Shown piece by piece: positions 36,100 through 49,660 of a DNA stretch of 64,000 nucleotides. The position numbers and the translations under genes were made by a program. Every line of letters starts with the position of its first letter. Position 1 is the stretch's first letter. Under the pieces are notes generated by a model, which made no database searches, was not told the origin of the DNA, and saw only the letters and a list, made by a program, of their open reading frames with translations. This DNA comes from Octopus sinensis (lineage: Eukaryota), in NCBI RefSeq assembly GCF_006345805.1, contig NC_043000.1, forward strand, positions 111,476,001 to 111,540,000. Reading direction: 5' to 3'.

Positions 36100-36600
36100 A
36101 TTGTCATTGTATTTGGACACCATGAACATTTTATCATTGCTGTTTACATCATACTTAGCCTCTTCAACGACTGTTTCACGATTTTCAGTTGCCTTTTACT
36201 TTGAACAAGTGTTCGATCAGTTATTAAATTTAGTTCGTTGTGGTATGCGGCAGTTCATACATACTGGTCAATATGTCGGCACAAACCCGTGAGAATACAT
36301 CTAAATGAAAATATGAAATGCAAAAGCAGAAATCTTATCTATCACATCAAATGTCCGATATGTGAAAAAAATATATATTGGCCAAACAGGAAATTCATTA
36401 TCGGAACGCATACGAGTACACCGGCAACAAATTATGACTCTTGATGTCCGCCAGACCCCAGTAAATAACCATTAAAAAATATGTTGTTACAAAATGTTTT
36501 TGATATTCCCATTTTGCAAACTTTATGACTCAAGTGAAGATACAAGAAGACTAAGAAAAATGAATTTTAGTGAGGAGTTCAAACCCGTTCTGAATGAACA
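36100..36600 (+). mobile_element. Rearranged Penelope-like GIY-YIG remnant
   Basis: MKCKSRNLIYHIKCPICEK..YIGQTGNSLSERIRVHRQQI (frameshifted) on +; upstream part is inverted. Confidence 0.75.
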
Positions 36601-37128
36601 ATTATATGAATGAACAATATTAATCGTGAATTGAATTCGCATACAATTTTTAATAATAGAAATAATCATAAAACTGTAGTAATATTGACAATAATTTTCA
36701 GATTATCTCAACTTAACTATACAGGAACTCTAACCAAGAAAGATACTACTTACATGAATATTGGGATAAAACATGAAATTTACTTTACAGGATGACGAAA
36801 AGGGAAGAAATTTATTGAGAAGTTCGAAAACTTCAAAAGAGACAATAAAATTAATTTGATCTGAATTTAAGTTCCTTCAATAATAATGTTCACTCACAAC
36901 TTCTTGCAATATTGAAAGTAATTTATAGATTATCATCTCCCCTTTACTATACTGCAACTCCATCTAGTTTAGCTTGCCAAAGCCACTTACGTACACATTT
37001 ACCCGAGGATTGCTATAAAAAAAGTCAGTATTCTTTAAAATGCAAAAATTGGAAACAAAATCTGAAAATCAGACTATGATGAAATTTGATTGATTAATAT
37101 AGATCTATACACAATTTTACAAACTCTG

Positions 37129-37214
<86 letters not shown>

Positions 37215-39789
37215 TTATGAGATTCTGTAACTTAGCCATTTATTAAAATAAGAACTAAAATAAAGTAAGCACTGGTTGAAATGAACGCGTCACTAACATG
37301 CGAAACATCTTCCTTTGAAATCGGTGCCCCAGCATGACCGCAGTCTCTTAACAGAAACAAGAAAAAAATTTAAAAATATAAAGAATATAAAATGAATAAG
37401 AAAGCAACAACATGCCTAAGTCTTTATTATCGATCATTTTACAATATCACAAAATATTGATTTTTTTTTAGATAGGCTTAAAGCTACAATGTTGACGGTG
37501 GGGTCAATAAGCCGAGAGAAAATCGTTTCCAGTATCTTACTGGTACTTTTTTTTAATCGACACCCGAAGGATGTAAAGCAAAAGTTAACATCGCCCGGGG
37601 TTCTAACTCAGAACGTGAATAACTGTAACAAAATTCCGTAAAACATTTTGTTCGACGCTCCAAAGATTCTACCAACCCACAAACTTAATAATAATAATAA
37701 TAATAATAATAATAGAAATAATGACTTTTTTAAAAATTAACAAAATAATTATACAGGATATCCGAGATGGAATTTGAAAAACTGTCGCTACGGCACTAAA
37801 TCTAAGATTCTACGACACGTGTCTAGGAAATGTTGAATTCTAAAGAATCCTCATCAAATCTCGACTGTAGCGGTTCTCAGTAAAGGTAAAGATGGTAAAA
37901 ACACGACCCCTTTTTCTCTCACTGTTTTCTTCAACCACTTCTTTGTGTTCTTCATGGTATAAAATGTGTGTGTGTGTGTGTGTGTTGTGTGTGTGTGTGT
38001 GTGTGTGGATGAGGGACCCCCACATTCTTTATGCAAGTGTTGTAAAATTATTTTGTGAACAGAACAGAATGGAAGGGTTTATATATTCTAACCACGCGTG
38101 TACTCATAATGACGCATATAAGCGCATATACATACATACATACATTACATACATATATGTATTTTATGATTTTGCTTAGATGTAGCGACACTAATAACCT
38201 GTTGTTAGAAATCAGTAGACGTATGATTCAGAGTAAAGCGTCGGCCGAGTACAAAGCCTGATTTTAATTAATAATGGACAAGGGATCAGGAGTCATGTAA
38301 TCACCTTCATTTGCTTACATCTGTTTCTGCTATTGCTATACGAAGCAGTGCATTCCGAAATGAACATACACTTCATTTTAATAGCTCTGAGGAAGCTATA
38401 AGATGCTGCACAGGCACCCACCTCTCAGTGCGCTGTTTCTTATAGCAGAGACGGCTGCAAGCTAATGAGTCTGCTTAATTAACTCACGTTACCTTGTCGT
38501 TCATAATTAAAGCATGTGTATATATATATGTGTGCGTGCGTGCATGCGTATGTGTGTGTGTGTACATACATAGTATGGATGGATGGGTGCGCATGTTTGT
38601 TACTTAAGACCGTAACCTTTATTTTGAACACGGATCCAAATGATCTAATATATCTGTATTCTTGTATATGTATATATTATTATGCAGTACGTGTTTTCGC
38701 GTATATGACGTGTTTTTGTATGTATTTTTGTGAGTGTTTCTTAAAGTTTCCTACATTTTCTAAACAAATTCTCGTTTTTTAAAGAGTCTTTACAAAAGAA
38801 AGTCAATTTTTTATCACCCCTCAGGCCATCATCATTAAGGAAGATTCCGTTTCAGAGAATCTGAACATCACAATTTATAGACCTCACAGCTAGCACTGCT
38901 GTTGCTGCTACTGCTGCTACTAATTTTGTTTAACCTTATGTAAATTGTGATCAAACAGACCAATGATCAAATACATTGAAGCCCTGACCATCCCACCATT
39001 TTTATATAAATATGTAGGCCTACATTATCAAATGCGTTATTTCCTCATTTATGAAGGCGAGTGAGATTTAGCTACTATTGCTAAGCGCTCATTCAAAGGT
39101 TTTCTCGCAGGGCTGTGAAATTCATAGCACAGATCGAAGATTTCGACAACGACATAGAACAGCAATGGTTGAAGGTGGTATTTCAGGACAGATATATCTC
39201 TGATATTTAAAACCATTAAAGAATTACAGAATTGTGTTTTCTCAGTATTATTAAATGTGATCGAAAGGGGGAAAGTTTCGAACTGCTTACATAATTACTA
39301 TAACGATTGATTTCTAGAAATGACTGACTCAGAAGATGTGAGGAAGTAAGAGTAAAGCGGTTGTAAATGTCTGACCAGAATGAGGAGCACAAACAGAGCA
39401 ACGGAAATACCTCAGAATTCTAGTTCTAGATGTTGTTATATTTTTGCAACGATTTGTTGCAATTGTTTATATAATAATGACTTAAGATTCGTAATATTCC
39501 GACATTATTTTCAAATACGGAGAGTCCCCTTGTGGACAATTAGTACAAGGGAGATAATCAATCCGTCGTTAATATGTCACTGTATTAACAGCTTGAATTT
39601 GAAATTAAGGAGTAAGGTAAAAGATGCACAAAATATACATATCTAATTTTTTTGCTTTTTGCTTATTACGAAGCTCTTAAAAAGTCTAGTGAAAAGTAAT
39701 CATATATAGCACTATTTCATCCCTTTTAGAAATGATCAGCATTACATGAGGAAAAAGAAACTAAATAAATGATTTGTAAAAATATAATT

Positions 39790-42700
39790 GAAATTTAATA
39801 TAAAGTTGCTAAGCTTTGGTAATTATGCACGTTTTCATTTGTTTAATATTTTAATCTTTGATTTACAACAGATCCGGTCTCCCCTCTTTTTTTTTCATTC
39901 AGCTTCTATTATACGTGGTTTAGCCGTTTCTTTTTCATATTTTCTAAATGTTATTTCTCTAATAATTAACATTCGCTTTTTAAAATTTCGTTCATCTCAT
40001 CTTACATTATTGTCTCTTATTTTCCTACATTTGTTTTATTATCTAATTCATTATATTATTTTTATTTTTGTTTTGTCTTAAATCTGATCTCTCACTTAAT
40101 CTATTTTCGTTTCATTTATCGTTTATCTTGATCTGGTTTTCATCTCAATTATCATTCTTCTTCGGTGTTTTATTTATCCTTATTACGGTTTTTATACTTC
40201 CTTCCGCTTATTCTGTTTCTTTTTATATTTTATTAATCCGAATATCTTTTTTATCTCACTTATTTATTTTGCGTAATGTTTTATCTTAATCTGTTTTTTT
40301 AGAAAAATTTCTCTTACATTTTTACAATTATTATTTTTTGTTTTCTTTTTCTCGTTGATGGTTTCTAAAAAGAATGAAATAGTGTTATGCATAATTAGCA
40401 AAGGCTAAAACTTTTAACAACGAAGTTAATTAAAAGAAATAATATCATGTGAATTCTATACATCCGTTTCTTCAGAATTCCTTATTTTCAAATTCAATCT
40501 TCTAATTTCGCCAAATATCATGAAGAAATTATGATCTTCCTAATACTAACCGTCCGCCAGGGGACTCCATATATTCTCTCATTCATATCGTTTTACCTCT
40601 TATCTAATTAATCTTATACTATTTCATCTTTTACATAAATTATCTCAAACGCATTTTATCTCTCACCTTCATAATTCTAACTTTTTTTATCACATTTATA
40701 TCATTCTATTTTTTATCATCTTTTATACATCATTTCTTTTCTTTTCGTTTTAGATTTTATTTATTTCACTTCATATTTAAACATCATTATTTCATTCTGT
40801 TTCTCACTGTTTTATATATATATATTATTTATCGTAATGTTTTTTCTCTCTCCTTTATCTTATCTTATTTTCTATATCTTACTCATTTTTATACATAAAT
40901 GTTCTACGTATCATATTCTGATTTTTGATGTCATTCATCTTTTGTTTTTATTACCTTTTTCTCATTTCCTACCCCCTTCATCTCGTTCTATTTATACTTC
41001 ATCTATCCCATAACACCTTTACGTGCTTCACCTTATTCTACTTAATATCTCATTTAATTTTCTGTTTTTTTTACATCGTTTCCCCAGCTAATATTTCATG
41101 TATCATATATTTCATGTCACATTTGTCTTAAAAACAATTTTTCTATCTCTTTTACCTTATTCTGTTTTTACGTTTTTCTGTGTTCATCTAAGTATTTTTC
41201 TTTATGCACCTCATGTATTTCCTTCTTTTTTTTATATATAAAACAAAATAAATGAATGACTTTCATAAAATTTCATTTGATTTAATTCTGTTTATCTTAT
41301 TCTGCCTTGTTTTTCTTATCTTAGTCTAATATATGTAATTTTATTTATTTTACACTAGCAGCATAGCCCGGCGTTGCCCGGGTATGTAAGAGCCCCTAGT
41401 AGGCAACGACTAATCCCAATCTAGTTCTTTCCCTCTAGGGAACGAAGGCGCATGTGTAGGTTGCAATGTCTTCTCTTCACTCGAATACTTCTATGTATAC
41501 GATGTTCCTAGCTGTCACCCGATTGCAAGTTGCGAAAACTACAACAGAAAATGTGTTGCATATAAAAAGCTTATATTCTCGACCCCATGTCGAATTTATC
41601 GGGGTCTTTTTCAGAACTGGGGGAACTTTTCAAAATTTCCGCTGCGTTAGTTTTGAATTATGACATTGGGCTATGTGTGTGTCAAGTTTCATCAGAATCG
41701 GTTGAAAGCCGTGGCCAGGGTGAGGGTACAACCTGACAGCCACACAGACACACAGACAGACAAACTGCCGTTTATATATAGAGAGATTTAAACCGCTTTT
41801 ACACGTCTCATTTCTCTTATTCTACTTGTATCCTTTTTGCTTTTCTGCTTCCGTTTATTCATTATCGTATTCTCATTTCATATCACATCCTTCTCATTCT
41901 GTTTTGCATTTCTCTTTCGGATCTTATATATGTTTCATGTTATTCTGTATCATATCTCATTAGTCTCCTCTTTTCCAATATATATTACCTTAATCTATCG
42001 TTATATTATTCCATTTAGTTCATTCATTTGTATTTCGTGTATTCCCTTCCGGGTTTTTTTTCTGTCACTTCTATTTATTTCGTTTTTAATATTACCTTTC
42101 ATTCTGTCATACCTCTCATTTATCTCACGGAGAAAGTAATTGTGTGCGCGCGCGCGCGTGTGTGTGTGTGTGGTGTGTGTGTGTGTGTTCACGCAGTGGT
42201 ACAAGCACGTACACACACACACCAATGCAGTTTACCTTAATCAATTTTGCATATATCTTTTTGAAATCGAATTCTGCTTTCATCTCTAATTTACATCGCT
42301 TTCTTCTCCTTTTTCTCATCTTTTATTCTAACGTCTTATTTTGGGGTTTTTTTTTCATATTTCACCAATTCTTTTCTGTTTATTTTATCGCATTTATTTT
42401 ACTCTGTTTTTGAATTTTATTTCTCTTATTCTCATTTTTTGCGTGTTATTTTGTCTTCTTTTTATCTTTTTTTATCTTATTTATAAATAGCAATTATCTT
42501 GTTTTTATCTGTTATTCTGTTTTATTGTTTTGTTATGTATGCATCACCTTATTTCATTTTTAAATCTCATTTATTTTTTCTGTTATCTTATTCCTGCTTA
42601 ATCCTGTTCAATTTTTTAAAATTCTATCTCATTATCATATTTTATTTATTATCTTCATCATATTCCGTTCCAAAATATCACTTATACCGTTTTGATACTC

Positions 42701-43560
42701 CATTTATCTTAATCTACTTTTATACATCAGCTGTCTTATACTGGCTCTACAAGTGCTTTATCTTATGATATATACATCAATACATATTATGTATTTCACC
42801 TTCACCACTAATTGATATTACCTAGTTTTTAAATCGCATTTATTTGATTATATTTATTGTTTTAATATAACCAGTTTATCATTTTCTGCTTTTTGTTTTT
42901 TTTTTATTTTTCTTACTTTTGCTTATTTCTATAAATTTCGTAAACCTTAATCTTTTCTATAGAATTTATTTTTTAAATTTTCTCTTTTTGTTTCCTATTT
43001 TTGTTTTATTACATCATAATTTGATTTCCACATCTTAATCTTATTCAGTTTTTAGATTTCATTTATCCCTTAGCTGTTGTTAATTTCCATTTCGTTTATT
43101 CTGTTATTCCTTCAATTTCGTCTTTACATGACATTCTGCCTTCCTGAATAATTTATACTATTATTTTCTTAGATCTTAGTTATATATTGTTTTGGTTTTT
43201 AATCCCTCATTTAACTTGTGTTTTATAATTCATTCACCTTATTCTGTTTCTTTAACTATTATCTAATTTTCGTATTCCTCATCCATTTTATTCATTTTTT
43301 AAAATCTCATTGATTTCACTCTGTTTCTGATAAATTTATAAAATTCTGATATTACATGTAATATATCTTTTTCTGTTTTCTACCTTATTCTATCTTACAC
43401 TGTTTTTATATCTCATTTATCTTTATCAGTTTTGTGCTATTTTTATTTCTATTTTTTCTCTTTATCTCAGTTATTCACTGGATTTAATCTTTTCCCATCA
43501 TACTTGGTTTCTAGACCTCACTTATTGTTTCTTTGGGTTTTATCTTATTCAGTTTTCTGT
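39790..43560. repeat. ~3.8-kb T-rich, strand-asymmetric low-complexity tract
   Basis: Recurrent TTATCT, TCTCATT and ATTCTGTTTT words; very few G on +. Confidence 0.7.
41352..41787 (+). mobile_element. Non-autonomous Helentron (HINE/DINE-1-like)
   Basis: 5' ACTAG..CCCGGCGTTGCCCGGG hairpin, CAAGTTTCATCAGAATCGG, (CAGA)n, 3' TTTATATATAGAGAGAT; inserted in a T run. Confidence 0.75.
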
Positions 43561-43583
43561 TTATAATTCATATTTTTCAGTTA

Positions 43584-43812
43584 CAGAATGGAAGACATAC
43601 ACCAACCATTCAAAAACACACAAAGAACTGCTAACATCATTTAAACATTGATTATTCGGTGTCAAAATTTTCGTGGCAGTAACCTAGTCATTGAGATGGT
43701 TCCACTTCAGTGAAACCCTGTGACGAAAATATTGACACCAAATACTAAACATTAAAGTGAACTTAACATTCTTTGTGCATTTTTGAATGGCTAATATGTA
43801 TCTTCGATGCTG
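43584..43812. mobile_element. Imperfect palindromic MITE
   Basis: CCATTCAAAAA..GGTGTCAAAATTTTCGT / ACGAAAATATTGACACC..TTTTTGAATGG. Confidence 0.6.
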
Positions 43813-44199
43813 GAATTGATTTTGTCTTCAACACACGGTCTAAGACCAAATCACTTCCGAGACAAAAACATCTCCGAAATTTATCTTTTGCCATATCTTT
43901 AATAATCTCATTTTATTCTGTTTTGCATGTTAACAAAACAATATTCTAATTAATAAAATTTAAAATTTTACTACTAAAAGATTTTGATCCGTAGATTCTG
44001 CAATTAACTTCAATGGAAAATAAACACCAAAATAAATGCCTTTTATAATCTTTGTAAATAATAAACTAGTTTATACTGTTTACAAAATTCTAAGCATAAT
44101 TATGCGCAGGTAAAAAAAAAAAATATTTGTTTTAATGTGTACACTTCGAGTGGTATTTAGTTCTTACTCTGCTTATATTATTTAAAAAAGGATCTTTTT

Positions 44200-44212
44200 G
44201 TCGACCTGTATG

Positions 44213-44247
<35 letters not shown>

Positions 44248-44727
44248 ATATATATATATAATATATATATACATTTATATATACATATCCATATGCATAC
44301 ACACATATGCACTCTGTAGATCCTCATATTTAATACAGTGAGTTAAAATTTTACGATTAAATGAGATTATCCTTGCAGTTAACAAGCAAAACACCCATTA
44401 GAATTCCCCCAAAATCTAAAAACAATAAACAAAGGAGGAAGCTTTAATAAAATCAGTTGATCAAAATTAAATGAAAAGACCACACAGTTAAGGGTTGATC
44501 TTGTCTTTAAAGCAAAATGATGAAAGTAATGGACATGGTTCGATCTTATTTGATCTCCTCAGGGAAACCTATTCAGCTCACTCACCAAGATTTAGAGATG
44601 ATTGGTGCACACACATGCACAAACACGCACACACACACATATAAAGATTGATAGATATGTTTATATATATATATATATTATATATATACATATAACTATA
44701 TACATATATATATATACATATGTACAT

Positions 44728-44773
<46 letters not shown>

Positions 44774-44796
44774 CATATATATATATACACACATGT

Positions 44797-44862
<66 letters not shown>

Positions 44863-44930
44863 TATATATACATATACACTACATACGTACATACACACAT
44901 CCATACATATATGCTTTTAAAAACAGTCTG
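44200..44930. repeat. (TA)n/(CA)n microsatellite fields with a repeat fragment between them
   Basis: Direct inspection. Confidence 0.85.
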
Positions 44931-45540
44931 TGCATGTATATAAATACACGCACAAACACCATGGACAAAGCCTTGAATGTTTACGGATAGCAAATCAAGT
45001 TTCATATCCAAAGAAAGCTACTTGATTAGGCTTGGCTCAAGCAATCGCCACTTTTCTCCCCGTGAAATTTAAGATGTGATTTAAGTTGCAGTATATATAT
45101 ATATGCTCGGAGGATTGAAACGGCTATAGGAATATTTTCTTTTCATGTATCCTAAAACTTTTTTGACGCTTATTATTTTCCTTTCAATATGCTTTTAATT
45201 CTTTAAAAAAAAAAACGTTTTTTTCTACAATCCTATACTTCATTATATTATTACTATGTTTGTATATTCATATATTTATACGTCCATATATATTTTTTAT
45301 ATTCATATATTTTTATATTTTTACATATATTTTTATATGTATTTTTAATATATCAATATATGTTCTTTTTTTATCTTAAATCCGTACACATATGTGTTCA
45401 TCGTACTTTGCCTGATTTGAACTTTCTCCATTCCATTTATTATAATTGTCTAACGTCTCAGGTTCAACTTGTGCATTTCTATGCGGTCTGTATATTTCGT
45501 AAGAAAAATATAGTTATATATATATATATATATATATAAT

Positions 45541-45573
<33 letters not shown>

Positions 45574-45724
45574 TTACGCTAAGAAGTACTGCACGGTACC
45601 AGAATTTTCGACTCAAGTTACAGCATCCACTTAAGTGGGATCAAGACCGTCTAATTTACACTGGCATCGAGTCGTTTTAATTGTAATAATAAAATCAAAC
45701 CAAATAGTGATATTTTCACATCAT

Positions 45725-45887
45725 TTAATACGTACGTTCCAGGTTTGCGTAGTATATGATAGGAAATGCATCCATTACGTAGAACTTCCTCAGTTAAGGC
45801 ATTTCAAAAATCGTTAGACTGAGGAAAGTTTACGAAATGGACGTATTTCCTGTTATATATTACACAAATCTAAAACGTACGTATTAA
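45725..45887. mobile_element. TTAA-flanked palindromic MITE
   Basis: TTAATACGTACG ... CGTACGTATTAA with ~70-bp imperfect arms. Confidence 0.55.
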
Positions 45888-46599
45888 AATACGTACGTTT
45901 CAAAATATCAGATTTAGTTCGACTTCGTTATTACAAGTATCTATGTACATACATACATGCATATGTATGTATGCATGTATACACACACAGAACGTTACAG
46001 TAATTATGATACTAATTCGCAATGACTTGGAATTTCATTTCACAGAAAACGAGTGTTCGTGTAGGAAGATGACCATAGAGCCATTGATGAAACGTGAAAT
46101 GGGTTATTTTACCGTTTAATTTTTCATCGTTGTTACGCTATGGTCTTTTAAATCATGTCTGTGGTTTACTTTATCGATCTCTTAAGAAACCCAAGAGAGA
46201 GTCGACCTTACCATAAAAGGACATATGTTACATGTGTGTCTGTGTGTATGTGTGTACCTATGGTTGTGTATTTCTGTGAATATGTGTGTATGTGTGAGTT
46301 CGTGCCCAATGTCAAACAGTTGTAGACAATACCACTCTTCGTATCTGCTATACACGTGCGCGCACACGCACACATGCACACACACTATTTCAATTTACAA
46401 CCAGCACAAATTGTCTTTGATTCTCTTAAAAGAGTTTACCATTTCTTTTGATCTTCTTGTCTCTTTACCAAATAAACGTTCTCATTATCTATCGACTGTT
46501 TGTTATTTAGTTTTCTGTCTGTATCCATTTTTTGTCCTTAATCTGCTCGCACTCACTCACACTTCTATCGAACCAGATGTTCTATTCTCAATACTTTTC

Positions 46600-46603
46600 T
46601 ATC

Positions 46604-46651
<48 letters not shown>

Positions 46652-46700
46652 CTATCTATATATATATATATATATATATGTACATGTATATATATATATG

Positions 46701-46772
<72 letters not shown>

Positions 46773-46773
46773 G

Positions 46774-46854
<81 letters not shown>

Positions 46855-47170
46855 TATATATACATATATATATATATGCGTGCGCGTGCATGTGTATGTG
46901 TGTGTGCCTACTTATTTTCTAGCTATCAACCTATATCTACCAATGTAACTACCAATCTTTGCATCCCATCTGGTTCTCTCCTTCTCGCTCCATCTACCAG
47001 CCTACCTGTAAAATACAAACACACACACGCACATGCACACACGCGCGCACACACACACATACACACACACATACACACGCATACAGACATACATATATAT
47101 ATTATATATATATATATATTATATATATATATATATATGTATATAAGTATATTTGTATGTGTGTATATAT
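46600..47170. repeat. (TCTA)n/(TA)n/(CA)n microsatellites
   Basis: Direct inspection. Confidence 0.9.
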
Positions 47171-48021
47171 GTATATATCTCCCTAGCTTTGACTGCAATA
47201 TTCGGACAACACCACTATAAAGCAAGTTGCATCTCTGTGAAGAAGGAAGGTTACCGCTGCAGAACTGTCCAGTTATTTTTCAGAGGAACTAGAAAAAAAA
47301 ACAAGGTAGGAAATATGCAAGAATGTGACAACACATCACTATTTAAATAGAACAAGATTATCGCGAAACAAAACAACTGGAATGAAATGCATTTGTATTT
47401 TGTTAAGGTAGAAACATTTTTGTAGTAATGTAACCAGTGATAACCCCGTGTTTAGGCTGAGCAGATAATTATATGTAAGTGTTGGGCTCAGATCAGAGTA
47501 TGGTTATTCCTTAAGAGTAGCTTTGGTACCATACTATCAACTATTCGATGCTCCACCAGGTGTCTTACAACGTGAAATTTATTATAGGAGTTACTACACA
47601 CATCTGTGTGTGTACTCGCGCATGTGTAATGTGTGTGTGTGTGTTTAAATGTATATATTTGTATGTGTGTTCGTATGTTAATTGCGAACATCATATTTAT
47701 AATGTTTGGATTATTAAAAAACGATTGATTCATCTGATTTCACCAATTTAATGTTGAAGTGTCTCTTGTTTTTTGTTTTTTTTCATGGCGTATTTCGGTT
47801 TGAATAGTGTAGCTGGACTTTTATGAGTAACAGAGTGTGCAGGGAAAGACGAAAAGAATTAGATTATACAACGGGGAAAGAGTTAAAAACAAAGATTTTT
47901 GAGAAACTGAAGAGACAAATATCAAATGGAGAAAAATCATTAAGTAGAAATTTTTTTTTTAAACCAATAGAAATAGAGGCTGTAAACATAGAAGAGGCAG
48001 AAAGAGAGAGTAAGAAGAAGA

Positions 48022-48057
<36 letters not shown>

Positions 48058-48319
48058 CTGCGCCGCAAGGAAACAGTAGAAGAAAAAGGATTCAAACGTA
48101 AGATGCTAAAAACGCTAGGTCGCAGTGAATAAAAATTTGTTTTCTGATGGAAACGTGTTGTTGAAATCTTCCACAATAAAAGAAATTTGAAAATCACATT
48201 TTGATTAAAAAATACTTTAAAATTGGAATTTATAAGCATTTTCTACACAATTAAGACTTTAATAATTGCTTTCTTTTAGTAAAAGTTACATACTCATAAC
48301 TAATTAAAAAGCATCTTTC

Positions 48320-48325
48320 TTTATT
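48320..48325 (-). terminator. Candidate AATAAA polyadenylation signal for the orphan exon
   Basis: tttatt on + strand, ~210 nt downstream of the stop; the motif is common in AT-rich DNA. Confidence 0.25.
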
Positions 48326-48533
48326 ATAGCATTGATAATTGAAGCTTCTAAACTCATCTCTTATGACATCGTGTCAATCATCCTAGATTTATGCTTTTGT
48401 ACTGGTATTTGTAATACAAAAGAAAAACAGGTTTACTAGAAAAGACAATATTTGTGTTACTTACTTCTTTAAATAGAACAAACCAACAGATTAAATGGAA
48501 TTAAAAACAAAGTTTAGTTTATATAAAAAAAAA

Positions 48534-48988
48534 TTAATGCTTTTTTGCATCCCAAAGCTTCTTTGCTGATCTTGATTCCCTTCTTCTCCATCTTCCAGCC
48601 ATGAAACGCCGACCTGAATCCATCTGTCGCATCCTTCCTTGGTTTGAATTCCCACGTAACGGGTACATTGGTCTCGGGAAGAAACCAAACCTACCCAGCC
48701 TACGGGCCTGGGCAAGAGGTGAATTTTGGTTCACTTGAAACCGTGGAACTGTTTTGTTTCTTATTCTTTGGTGATTCATGACAGGTGCGAACATTCTTCT
48801 CCTGGGACTCCGCATCACATTTAATCGAGCCATTGGCCTTCTCAGAGCCATTCTTGTCTTTTGGATGAACCTGTTCTTGGCCACTGGAATTCGCCTCTGT
48901 TCCACTTCAACTGCAGCTTTCATCGAATGCATTGGGTAATGCAGGCGACTCTGTATGAGGTTGGGACCGAATCCAAAATGCTTTGGTA
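48534..48988 (-). CDS. Putative terminal exon of an orphan Arg/Met/Pro-rich cationic protein
   Basis: Strong minus-strand acceptor ttttcttctccttttcttccacag; ~150 open codons to TAA; GC-richer than the flanks; the other two frames hit stops within 30 codons; not repeat-like. Confidence 0.55.
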
Positions 48989-49377
48989 CTGTGGAAGAAA
49001 AGGAGAAGAAAATATTAAAATTTATTATCAGAAAGTACAAGAGATTGCCTAAGTTCTATTTAATAGTAACGATAATGGATAAAATATAAACGATTATTTA
49101 TTGTATATATAGAAAAGAATGTAATCAATTCGTATTTATTTCCTGTGGTCGAAAGAATTTATCATTGAAAAAGCAATTGTGATTATTTTTCTCAAAAATG
49201 AAAAAGAGAAAAGCAATAATCTTTGTCTGACAACAATATGGAGAACCGAGAGAAGGAAGAATAAAGTTGTATCTAGAAACGGATCGAAAACCTGAAGAAA
49301 AAATTTAATCTCAGATCCAATGAGCAAAGTAATCAACATATTTGATTATGTTCACAACAACAACAATAGTTTTTTTT

Positions 49378-49660
49378 ATCTTTTGTCTGTTTCAGCCGTT
49401 TGACTGCGGCCATGCTGCGGCACCGCCTTGAAGAATTTTAGTCGAACGAATCGACACCAGTACTTATTTTTTTAGATTTTAAGCCTGGTACTTATCTATC
49501 GGTCTCATTCACCGAACCGCTAAGTTACGGGGACATAAACACACCAACGCTGGTTGTCAAGCGATGGTGGGGAACAAACACGCACACGCACACACAACCA
49601 CATACACATACACACGACGGGCTTCTTTCGGTTTTTGTCTGCCAAATCATTCACAAGGCT
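49378..49660 (-). mobile_element. SINE family A
   Basis: Shared body and tail; further partial copies at 10730-10832, 34272-34410 and 53826-53985. Confidence 0.75.

Noticed and set aside
46926-47008. Small minus-strand exon (TTTTACAG|GTAGGCTGG..)
   Set aside because: It is short, lies downstream of the orphan's stop and has no recognisable product or phase-compatible partner.
48534-49040. Reflectin, and the listed 168-aa ORF start
   Set aside because: It lacks the repeated M/FD-X5-MD-X5-MD motif and the high Tyr/Asp content. The ORF-track start is a TTG inside the polypyrimidine tract.
49136-49339. Upstream signal-peptide exon for the orphan protein
   Set aside because: An acceptor-like site and a hydrophobic stretch exist, but I found no ATG with a phase-1 GT donor.
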